A stretch of DNA of 59,728 bases, the filler included. It is 7 parts of 7 records of this genome, joined end to end, with 100 filler letters (N's around TTAATTAATTAA, not from the genome) between each part and the next. Parts side by side here need not be neighbours in the genome. Positions count along the whole stretch, not along the records: positions 9,488 to 21,370 come from SRR2962707_3034; positions 21,471 to 29,713 come from SRR2962707_3035; 5 more parts are not named here. One strand, 5' to 3'. Under the pieces are notes generated by a model that was not told where the DNA came from, did no database searches, and was given only the letters and a program-made list of their open reading frames with translations. Shown piece by piece: positions 17,959 through 27,862 of the stretch. Positions within the stretch are counted from its first letter, which is position 1, and every line of letters begins with the position of its first letter. A program made the translations under genes and the position numbers.

Positions 17959-20220
17959 ATGAATCCGACACCTGCGTTCCGCAGACTTTCCGCGATACTG
18001 CCCGGTCTAGTGCTGGTGTTGGCGCTCGCCGTGTCGATCTACAACCCGCAAGGAACGGGCGTCTTCCTGCAGGACCGCGTGTTCGACCTCTATCAGCACA
18101 TCCTGCCGCGCGAACCCGGCCCCCTCGGCACCAACGCCATCTATATCGACATCGACGCGGAAACCGCGAAGACCTACGGCGCCTGGCCTTGGCCGCGCAA
18201 ACGGCTGGACGACCTCGTGGAGCGCGTGCGCGATGCAGGCGCGAGCGCCGTCGTGATCGACATGCCGCTTGCCGAACCCGACCCGACATCGGCGAAGGAA
18301 CTCGTCAGGCTGTGGTCGCCCTTCCCCGCCGCCGGCAACTTCGCCGGGCTCGGGCAGGCACTGGCGCAGCTTCCCGACCATGAGCGCGAACTGACCGCGC
18401 TGCTCGCCTCGACCAATTCCGTCGTCTCCTTCGTGCCCGGCAAAACCGACTACAGCGGCAAGAACGAGCCGATGCGCAAGGCCGTGATCGCCCCGGAAGG
18501 CGGCGATCCGCGTCATCATATGGAGAGTCAGGACACATGGCGCCCGACGCTGCGCCTTTTCGAGGCGGCGGCGAAAGGCAACGGCGCGACGCTGCCCGCC
18601 GGCACGCGCGGCAGCACCGTTCGCGGCCTGCCGATGCTGGTCGACCTCGACGGCACGCTCTATCCCTCGAACGTGCTGGAGGCGCTGCGCGTCTCGGCCG
18701 GAGGCAGCGGCTACCTCGCACAGGTGACCGCGCCCGAAAACGGCTTTTCCTTTGAAATCGAACCCGGCATCGAGCGCGTCGTCATCGAGGGCACGTCCTT
18801 CGCGGCGCGCACGCTGACGAACGGCGACCTCCGCCTTTACTTCGGCGACGAGACGACACGCCGCAGCGTGCCCGCCGGACACATTCTCGCAGGCACCGCC
18901 AATCTCGCCGCACTGAACCAGCGCATCGCCGTGATCGGCGTGTCGGCCAACGGCTCCGACCGGCTCTACAACACGCCCATCGGCATCCAGATGCCATCCG
19001 GCGCCGTCGCCGCCAATGCCATCGACCAGATCGCCAACGGGCAGTTCCTGCTGCGTCCGGGCTGGGTGCCGGCGGCGGAACAGATTTTCATTCTCGTGGC
19101 CGGACTGATTGTCATTCTCGTCGTGCGCCGCTTCCGCTCGCGCTGGGGCCTGACGCTGACGCTGCTCTTGGCCGCAGGCGCATGCTACGGCTCGTGGTGG
19201 GCATTCGAGACCTATCGCTGGCTGGTCGACCCGGCGCTCGGCAGCGTGACGCTGTTCGCCGCCGCGATCACCTGCGCGCTGATGACACGGCTGCACACGG
19301 AAGACGAAATCCGCTTCGTGGAAACGCAGTTCGGCCGCCGCCTGCCATCGGCCGGTCTTGCGAAGGTGAAAGCCAATCCGCGCATGATCCATGGCGAGGG
19401 ACAGTTGCGCGACGTGACGTCCGCCGTCGCGGGGCTGCGCGGCTTCAACATCATTTCCGACCGCTATCTCGAAGACCCGACGGCCTATGCCGACATTTTG
19501 AATCGCTTCTTCTCGCCGATGACGAAGATTGTGCTCGACCGCAACGGCATGGTCGACCGGACAGTCGGCGACGCGCTTTATGCGGTGTGGAACGCGCCGC
19601 TCGACGCGGGCGACCATGCGTCCAAGGGCTGCGATGCGGCGCTGCGCATGGTGGAGAACCTGGAAGCGCTCAACGAATTCCTGGAGGAAGACGCGCGCCG
19701 CCAGCACCTGAGCCATGTGCCGCTGAGCCTTTCCATCGGCGTCGACACGGGCACCGCCATTGCGGGCAACATGGGCGCGATCCAGCGTTTTGACTATGGC
19801 GTGCTGGGCGAGCCAGTGAGCTTCGCGGCCTACTTGCAGAAGAACGCGCGCCATTATGGCCCCGCCATCATCGTCGGCGAAGGCACGCAGCGCGCCGTGG
19901 GCGACCGCTATGCGCTGCTGGAAATCGACCTCGTTTCGACACCGCGCCACCCCGAAGGCCGCCGCGTCTATGCGCTGCTCGGCGACCCGATCATGCGCGC
20001 CAACCCGAAATTTCGCGCGCTGCAGGAAGCGCACATGCTGATCTTCTCCGCCTATCGCAACCAGCGCTGGGCGGAGGCGCGCGCCGCCATTGCCGAATGC
20101 CGGAAACTCAATGGCGCGATCCCGACGCTTTACGATTTCTACGAGGCGCGGATCAGCCAATATGAGGCGAACCCGCCGGGCGAGCACTGGAACGGGGCCT
20201 TCTTTGCGGGCAGAATCTGA
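17959..20220 (+). CDS. CHASE2 + class III nucleotide cyclase-like protein (catalytically degenerate)
   Basis: CHASE2 (IDID, GAWPWPR), three TM helices, cyclase fold (VGDA, WNAP, IGVDTG, GNMG, RFDY) and TPR-like tail. Confidence 0.9.
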   Translation: MNPTPAFRRLSAILPGLVLVLALAVSIYNPQGTGVFLQDRVFDLYQHILPREPGPLGTNAIYIDIDAETAKTYGAWPWPRKRLDDLVERVRDAGASAVVIDMPLAEPDPTSAKELVRLWSPFPAAGNFAGLGQALAQLPDHERELTALLASTNSVVSFVPGKTDYSGKNEPMRKAVIAPEGGDPRHHMESQDTWRPTLRLFEAAAKGNGATLPAGTRGSTVRGLPMLVDLDGTLYPSNVLEALRVSAGGSGYLAQVTAPENGFSFEIEPGIERVVIEGTSFAARTLTNGDLRLYFGDETTRRSVPAGHILAGTANLAALNQRIAVIGVSANGSDRLYNTPIGIQMPSGAVAANAIDQIANGQFLLRPGWVPAAEQIFILVAGLIVILVVRRFRSRWGLTLTLLLAAGACYGSWWAFETYRWLVDPALGSVTLFAAAITCALMTRLHTEDEIRFVETQFGRRLPSAGLAKVKANPRMIHGEGQLRDVTSAVAGLRGFNIISDRYLEDPTAYADILNRFFSPMTKIVLDRNGMVDRTVGDALYAVWNAPLDAGDHASKGCDAALRMVENLEALNEFLEEDARRQHLSHVPLSLSIGVDTGTAIAGNMGAIQRFDYGVLGEPVSFAAYLQKNARHYGPAIIVGEGTQRAVGDRYALLEIDLVSTPRHPEGRRVYALLGDPIMRANPKFRALQEAHMLIFSAYRNQRWAEARAAIAECRKLNGAIPTLYDFYEARISQYEANPPGEHWNGAFFAGRI

Positions 20221-20333
20221 GCCGGAGCGGGCCCAGTCCCGTTTTGGGGCTTGGAGACAGCGCACACAAAAGCCATCATCGCGCGCGAGTTTCCAGACTG
20301 CCTTGAAGCCCGAGACCCCCGAGCCCCCTGCCC

Positions 20334-21320
20334 ATGCGCGAAATCACCGTTGAAGCCCAATCATGGCCCATCGCTGGAGCCTTCACGATTTCGCGCGGGG
20401 CAAAGACCGAAGCGCGCGTCGTCGTCGCGACCGTGAGCGAGGACGGCCTGACGGGACGCGGTGAATGCGTGCCCTATCAGCGCTACGGCGAAACCGAGAA
20501 AGACACGATTGCCGCGATCAAGGCGCTTCAGCCCGCGCTGACCGACGGCCTGACACGCGAAGAGCTGCAGCGCGCCATGCCGCGCGGCGCGGCGCGCAAC
20601 GCGCTCGATTGCGCGATGTGGGACCTGGAGGCGAAACGCGCCGGGCGGCCCGCCTGGGAACTGGCCGGGCTCGCAAAGCCGCGCGCGCTGACCACTGCCT
20701 ATACGCTGAGCCTCGGCTCGCCGGACGCGATGCGCGAGGCGGCGGCGGCGGCAGCGGAACGGCCTCTCCTGAAACTGAAGCTCGGCCATGGCGGCGACGA
20801 GGACATTGCGCGCGTGGAAGCGGTGCGCGGCGGCGCGCCACGCTCGGCGCTGATCGTCGATGCGAATGAGGGCTGGAAGGCCGAAGACGTGCTGCCGCTG
20901 GCGCGGGAACTGGCGCGGCTCGGCGTTTCGCTGATCGAACAGCCGGTGCCCGCCAAGGACGACGAGGTGCTGCGCGGGATCGAAAGCCCAGTGCCGCTCT
21001 GCGCCGACGAAAGCGCGCATGGGCTCGAAGGCATGAAGCGGCTTGTCGGGCTTTACGACTTCATCAATGTGAAACTCGACAAGACGGGCGGCTTCACCGA
21101 AGCGCTCTCCGTCGTCCGCTGCGCGAAGGCGCGCAAGCTGCGCGTGATGGTGGGCTGCATGGTCGCGACCTCGCTCGCCATGGCGCCCGCCATGCTGATC
21201 GCGCAACAGGCGGACTATGTCGACCTCGACGGACCGCTGCTGCTCGCGGAGGACCGGAAGCCGGCGCTGCGCTACGAGGGCAGCCTCGTTTATCCGCCGG
21301 AAGCGGAGCTGTGGGGTTAG
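20334..21320 (+). CDS. dgcA: N-acetyl-D-Glu racemase / L-Ala-D/L-Glu epimerase (enolase superfamily)
   Basis: FTISRG, KLKLG, DANEGW, EQP, ADES, KLDKTGG, GCM and DLDG motifs. Confidence 0.85.
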   Translation: MREITVEAQSWPIAGAFTISRGAKTEARVVVATVSEDGLTGRGECVPYQRYGETEKDTIAAIKALQPALTDGLTREELQRAMPRGAARNALDCAMWDLEAKRAGRPAWELAGLAKPRALTTAYTLSLGSPDAMREAAAAAAERPLLKLKLGHGGDEDIARVEAVRGGAPRSALIVDANEGWKAEDVLPLARELARLGVSLIEQPVPAKDDEVLRGIESPVPLCADESAHGLEGMKRLVGLYDFINVKLDKTGGFTEALSVVRCAKARKLRVMVGCMVATSLAMAPAMLIAQQADYVDLDGPLLLAEDRKPALRYEGSLVYPPEAELWG

Positions 21321-21342
21321 TTTTTGCCCGCGCCCATTTTAA

Positions 21343-21370
21343 CGTCATGACCCGGCTTGTCCGGGTCATC
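21343..21370. repeat. Alphaproteobacterial REP-like palindrome at contig end
   Basis: cGTCATGACCCGG-CTTGT-CCGGGTCATC, matching the GTCATGxCCGGxCTTGxCCGGxCATC REP pattern. Confidence 0.7.
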
Positions 21371-21470
21371 NNNNNNNNNNNNNNNNNNNNNNNNNNNNNN
21401 NNNNNNNNNNNNNNTTAATTAATTAANNNNNNNNNNNNNNNNNNNNNNNNNNNNNNNNNNNNNNNNNNNN
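21371..21470. other. Artificial contig linker
   Basis: N-run + TTAATTAATTAA + N-run. Confidence 0.98.
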
Positions 21471-21508
21471 GGCTGGCTTGCTGGCTGGCTTGCTGGCTGG
21501 TTGGCTGG
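21471..21508. repeat. (GGCT/TGCT)n microsatellite at contig start
   Basis: ggctggcttgctggctggcttgctggctggttggctgg. Confidence 0.8.
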
Positions 21509-21581
21509 CGGGCCTTCTTTCTGTCCGGAACTGGTCGTTGGTTCTTGACTCTGTTGTGGCGGTGGATCTTTCGCAACCACC

Positions 21582-24500
21582 ATGATTGGGCACAATAAGA
21601 CCGTCGTTCGCGACGTGGAGATCGTCATGGAAGGCCCTCTCATGAAGGCGCCAAAGCAAAAGCAGAGGTCGAGCGGGCAGTACTCTGTGGGCATTCGCTC
21701 TGCACTGCGGCAGCGCTGGTTCACGCTGGATGCTGCCGGGCACTTTGATTATTACACGGACGTGTCCCAAAAGCAACACAAAGGCCTTGTGACGATTGCG
21801 TCCAATTCCACCGTGCGCATGCTCTCCAGGAAAGAAGCGGACTCGGGCAAAGCCTTTCTTGTGGACAGCTCGGAATCGGGAATCATTGTCATGGAGGCGG
21901 CGACCACGGAGCTGGCTTCGTCTTGGGTGCAGGCAATCGAATCAGTTATCGCAGGCTTGCAGGCGGGAGGGGCCGGAGGAAAGGAAGCAGAGGTGGCCGC
22001 GGAAGCTCTGGCAGAGCAAGAGGCCGAGCTGCGCCAGCTCAGAAAAGATATTCTGCAACTAAAGGAAGCCCACGAACAAGAACTTGCTGTCCAGGAGCAA
22101 AGACATCGCGATGACAGTTCGGCCACGCTTGAAAAACTCAGTGAGGTGGAGCTGCAGCTGGAGCGCGAGCAGCGCGAGTCGGCTGATAGGCAAGAAGAAC
22201 TTGAACAGACGAAGTCGGAATTGGCGGATGCCACCGCCGCCGCTGAGGAGGCTTCTCGCGAGCTCAACGCCACCAAACAGGAGGTGCAGCTGTTGCGCAG
22301 CGCGCATGGGACATCCGATGACGAAGTGCACGCACTGAACGAGAAGCTGGCCGAGCAAAAGGCTCTAAACGAAGAATTGTTCGTCCTCTTTATTCACGCC
22401 CACTGCATGCCCGTACCGCGAGGCCACCTCCTCGCTGGTGTTTTGAGTCACACTGTGAAGTCTGCGAATGATATTTCACCGAGCTTGTATTTTGAAAATA
22501 ACTAGGTACGAAAAACTGGTGGACGTTCGCGAACAGTTGAGCCTTCGGGGTGATGGAGCTGCCAGTGAGGACGAGCGCGGCGGACAACGCACAGTCGCAG
22601 ACCTTATCGAGCAAATCGACGCTAAGGACCAAGAGGTTCAACGGCTGACAGAATTGCTTGATACGCAAGCCGCGTCTCGGCAGGAGGAGCATGACGCCGC
22701 GTTTGCGGACATGCAACGTGCCCACGAAGAAGAGTTGTCATTTTTGATGGCTCGGCTCGATGAGATGGAAGCTGCCAACGAGGAGGTCGCGAATTTGCAA
22801 AAAGAGGAGCGGACTGAGCTGAAGGGAGAGGTCAACCGGTTGCGGCGCGCCACGTCTGCAGAGTTCCCACATCAACGCTCTCAACGTGCGCTTGGTGCCA
22901 CTGAAGGCATGGGCTCAAGTGCTGGTGGAAGTGACGAGGGTACTCCACCTGAGGATCTTCTTGTTCAGTCACCACAGGGACTGGCTGTACTGCGTGACGT
23001 TGCTGTCGAGCTGCGGTCGCGAACGGGAGCGGTAGGGCAGGAAGGGGAGGCTGAACTGGACAGCAGTGAGAACGCCTCGGCTTTGGGTTCAACAGCGGCG
23101 CGATGCATCGAGGCACTGCTCCGGTGTCGCTTCGAAAACGCAAGCGAAGTGCAATCTGAATTCCGTGCGCTCGCGGACCAGATTAACGAAGGTGCCGCTC
23201 AGATCGCGAAAACAACGCGCCAGCTTGAGACAGCAGAGCAGGCTGTTGTGGCGGCTCGTGAAGCTTCTGAACGTGATACTGCCGAATCTACAGACATGTT
23301 GAGAAAGCTTGAGGCTGCGAAGCAAATCCTGGAGACGCAGGTCAGCGAGTCAAAAGAAGAGTTGCAAAAGGCAATCACTCAAGTGCAGAATTCGGAGAAG
23401 CATGTTGCTGGGCTCGAGGCCCGCAACGAAATGTTGAGGGCGCAAGCAGAGCGCTTGACCATCGAAGGCAGCGAAGTTCGCACGCAGTTGGAAGAGACAC
23501 GGCGTCAGTGTGCAGGGCTTGAAGACGACGTGCGGCGCGCTGAAGAACAACTTGCGGCCGCCCAGCAGCGCGAACAAGCTGCAACTGCCCGTGCCGATAA
23601 AGCTGAGCTGGAAGTGAGCCAAATGCACGAAACGTCTCAACTGGCCAACGAACGTGCTTCCGAAGCCAAGGCACAAAGCCAGGATGCCGAGGCGACCATA
23701 TCCAGTGCCCACGAAAAACTGAAGAAGGCGGTGCAACGGGCAGTCACTGCTAAGAAACTTGCCAATGCCGCGGAGCAGCGTGCCAACGAAGCTGAGCAAC
23801 GTGCCAGTGACGCAGAGCAGCGTGCCAATGACGCGGAGCAACGTGCCAATGAAGCTGAGCAAAGCGCCAGTGACGCAGTACAACGTGCCAGTGATGCAGA
23901 GCAGCAATCCAACAAAGTTGAGCAGCGTGCCAGCGACGCAGAGAAGCGTGCCAGTGATGCCGAGCAGCGTGCCAACAAGGCCGAGCAGCACGCCGGTGAG
24001 GCCGAGCAGCGCGCAAGTGAAAGTGAACAGCGTGCCACCAACGCTGAAAAGCGTGCTGACGGACTTGAAACAGAGCTTGTGGAGCTACGAGAGCGGGTTG
24101 CTTCGCGTGAGGAACAAGTCGCTGAGCTTGAGGGGGCATGCGAGGGCTACAGTGACGAGGTGCAAGAGTTGAACGGGCAGTGCGAACAGTTGGAAGTTGA
24201 AAAGCTGAAAGCGCAGGTGGAGGTGCAGACACTTCGTCAGCGCGTTGCCCAGTTGGAAGAACAAGTGGCTGCTGCGCAGAAAGACGAGTCGGCACCTGAC
24301 ACTGCCCAAGGCTCCGCCACCGGTGTTGAGAAACCCAGTGAGGACGTTCAGGCAGAAGTTGCAAGTGAAACTGACGACGCCACGGACGCCCCAACGGAGG
24401 ACGTTGTCGATGCAGCTCCGTCTGCCTCTGGTGCTGGTGAAAGTGTTGTGGCACTTTTAGAAGAGCAGCTTGAGCGGCAAAAGTCCATCGTCAAAACGCT

Positions 24501-27500
24501 TCGCACCAACTTGCGGAATGCCAAGGATGAAGCCGCGAATGCGCAAGCAGAGTTGGAAGTGTCCCTCACTCAAACCAAAGATGCTCTCAGTGCCCAGGAA
24601 AAAGCAGCTCAACAGGAGTTGCTCCGTGAGCGGCAGGAGGCTGGGGCACGGATGTCAAAGGCAGCTGACCGTGAGAAACAGCTGCAAGCTCGCGTGGCGC
24701 ATCTCGAAGAGGAGGTTGCAGAATTGAAGCTCGCAGTCAGCGCAGCCTCCGACGAGGTGGACCGTGTGAAGCTCGAGGCTCGTGATGCGGTGGCGGCGGA
24801 AGCAGCTGCAGCACAGGCAAGGGAGGCGGCAAAAACCGAGGCTGACGCGTCATCATCGTCGGCGATGGAAGCTGATCTTGCTGAGGCCAAGGAGAAAGCC
24901 AAAACGACGGAGCTGCGCGCATCGGAGCTTCAAAAATCACTTACAGAACAGGCCAAACGTGAAGTCGCCGCTGCACGCGCAGCACACAAAGCCGAAGCGT
25001 CGGCCCTGGCGTCGAGAATCGCAGAAGTGGAGGAACGGCTGGCAGTTGCGCAACAAGAGGCGGCTGATGCCGCAGAGGCCGCAGCGGCAGCATCGGCTGC
25101 CGCAGAAGCTGCTGCGGCGGTAACTCCAGTCAAGGCTGGCCCCAGCGAGGACATAGAGTCACTGTGCCCAACCACCGCGAACCTGAGTCCGGCACAGACT
25201 CAGTCCATTCAACGCCTGCTGGTCAAGTTTCGGCGACTCCAGCGAGAGCGGCACTCCATGGCGTTGGAGTTAAAAAAGGCAAAGGCCGCAGCACGAGCTG
25301 CTACAGCTGCTGCAGCCCGAATGGCCACAGCGTCAGAGGCTGGAAGGATGCAGGGATCTGAAAGTGCCAAGGTATGATGCCGCCTACTTGAGGCTGTCGC
25401 TGCGCAAATCGATCGTGCTTGCGTGGAATGCGTTTGCGTACTGATGGTCCGGTGCTTTTTGGGCCACCAGCTGACTGAGCGTGTTTTTTTTAACCCGACA
25501 ACTTGCAAGGTAAACCAATTGTTGGAGGAGCGGCTGCGGGCGCACGTGCGCAGCAGGGGATACGAGGGTGAGCCTTTGCGGCAGGAGTTGATGGCACCTG
25601 ACAATTCAGTTGCGTTGGTAGTGGATACAGAGGGCGTTGCGACAGCGCTGTCGCTACTCAACAGTGGCCTTTTTCAGGTTTGGTGCTTGGTTCAACCGAC
25701 ATTGGGCACGGTTTCTGAGTGTGAATCCGTAAAGGATACCCAACTGCTCCTGACGTCAGTGCTTGCTTTGCGATTGCGTGCGATTTTTGTGTGAAGATTC
25801 CCCGAGAAATCATGACGCTTGCAGTTTTCTCGGATTTGGACCAGCGGTACCTTGCTGTCCACCTTGACAAGTATGGACGTTGGGTTGGTGGGAGTGAGGT
25901 CGATTGGGCAATAACAGGAACCAAGCGAAAGGTTCTTCTTCGTGGGAAGCCAGGCGATACGGACGCGGGAATTTCCTTTGGCACGTTCTGTTTGCGTTAT
26001 GATGTGGCTGGAAATGATGTGGACCTGCTGCTTACTCATCTTCGTCACGGAATTCTGTGTTCCCCGATGCGTGCAGATCACTCCACGCCCTTGCACCAGC
26101 AATTAACCGCGTCGGTTGACGAAGGCAAACTCTCCCGTTCCACATGGACTTCTCGCATTTTTGCCATTGGAATCCGCAATGTTGACAATTTGCGACACGG
26201 AACTTTGACACTTGAGCAATTTCGGCGTCTTGTTCTTAAGGATGTGACAGTGCCGGTTCAAACCGGGGCAAAGTGGGGCTTTTGCGCTGCAGACTGGAAG
26301 CAAGTGCGACTCGACCCACGACCAACCTGGCGGCACGCTCTCGATTCCACGGAAGCAAAAGGAATATTGGACGGATGGACTGCCGTGGCTGCGCGACAGA
26401 AAGCACTGCTTGATTGGCTGGGGCGTCTCCAGGTTAGTTTGTTGCATTCACTCATGGCAAGTTCACGATGGCAACTCGTCAGTAAGCTAGCCTTTTCGGA
26501 AGGGGTCGGGTGGTTGATCATGCGTCACGTTCTGCTTTGGTGGTGCGACGTGTGTAGATGCATGATATTTTCTCGGCCGGTTTCAGTCCTGGACTACAAC
26601 TACGTGCCTTGGGGCTCCACACAGCGTTTCAAATTGTCGCTGAGCTTGTGGCGTTCGTGCAAACGAGGACGCTTGTGCCCATCAGCGCATTTGTGCGCCT
26701 CCATGCCGAGAACCCTGACGACGTCAGCGACGCCGGCAGCGATGCTGGGAGCAGTCGCGCAGGCCGTGGGGATTCCCAAGACGATGATCTCAGTGACGAT
26801 GGAGAGGGTGACATGACGGCTTTGTTTGACGTGCGGCTGGGTATCAACTGCTGGGAAGAGTATGACCTGTGGCCCTTGTGCCAGGACGCCCAAAAGAAAA
26901 GCCGCGGCGCGGTTCCCACCGCCCCCGCCACGCAAAATTCGTCTGCATCCCCTGCTGCTGGAGCAGATGCTAGCAAAGCTGCTGGGGCAGGAACTATTGC
27001 TGCCATGCACGAAACATCAGCCTCAATGAATATGTGGACTGGGAAAGCTGTCTTGAATATTCTGGAATCGTGGACGGCAGATCCTGGGCGCATTTCTCTT
27101 GTCCATCAATGGATGTCGAAGATCCTGAACGCGCCAGCTGAGCGCATGGTGCGCAAGTCTGCAGCTCGTTTTTTGAAAGGAGCTTTGCGACGGAGGAAAG
27201 CTCCACAAACAACGAAAGCGTATGCTCCCGTGCATCACGGAATCGAGTTACAAAAGATGAAAGCGCGGGTGGCGGCAGAGTTTGTGGCGCGTGTTGTGCC
27301 CCGGTTGGCAAAGGTGCGAACACTGGCAAGCGCATTCCGTTTTTTGTATGCCATCGCCAACATTGTCCGTTCGTCCGTTCCAGCAGTGATGCTGAACGCT
27401 TCCTTTGCTTGCACAGGCCTTGGGGAGTACTGAGCCTGGAGCCTTGCGCTTGTGGATTCGCAAAAGCCGCGACCGACTGGACAACCTTTCGGCTGTGCCC

Positions 27501-27626
27501 GCTCCTGAGCACAGAGTTCAGTTTTTCCGCGAGACTTTTGGAGCGGCGACACTGGAAGATCTCGTGAATGGCGACAACGGCGATGACAGCTTGCTTGTCG
27601 ATATTCGGCTGCGCGCACTTGTTTGA
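21582..27626 (+). CDS. Eukaryotic ~1810-aa PH-domain/coiled-coil protein, 6 exons
   Basis: PH domain (MEGPLMK...RWFTL...KG...SWVQAI). In-frame GT-AG introns at 22379-22505, 25372-25509, 25678-25796, 26433-26557 and 27314-27416 join five downstream ORFs. Kozak-like ACCACCATG start. Confidence 0.75.
23767..24060 (+). repeat. Intragenic 21-nt tandem repeat encoding about 14 heptads AEQRA(N/S)(E/D)
   Basis: Recurrent gagcagcgtgcca units; translated AEQRANE/AEQRASD. Confidence 0.9.
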
Positions 27627-27862
27627 GAATTCGTGGCGAGTGTCGCTTTGTATGTGCACGCTTGTCGGAGAGGTGGAGCATGCCACTCGGTGCCCTGCTT
27701 TTTTTTCTTCAAATAAGTAATTGATCCTTGTGCGCACGCGCAAAAAGTGTTCGGTCATGGTCGTATGCACAGCGGCTTGCAAAAACTTCGTTGTGTTCGG
27801 CGTTCGTTCCACGGGTGCGTATTGGCGCGTTTTAGTTTTTAGATTTTGCCGGCGAAGTACGG

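Noticed and set aside
18007-20265. 752-aa antisense ORF
   Set aside because: Shadow frame of the CHASE2 gene; no recognisable domain.
23767-24060. Possible CRISPR-like repeat array
   Set aside because: Contiguous in-frame 21-nt coding repeats with no spacers and no cas genes.
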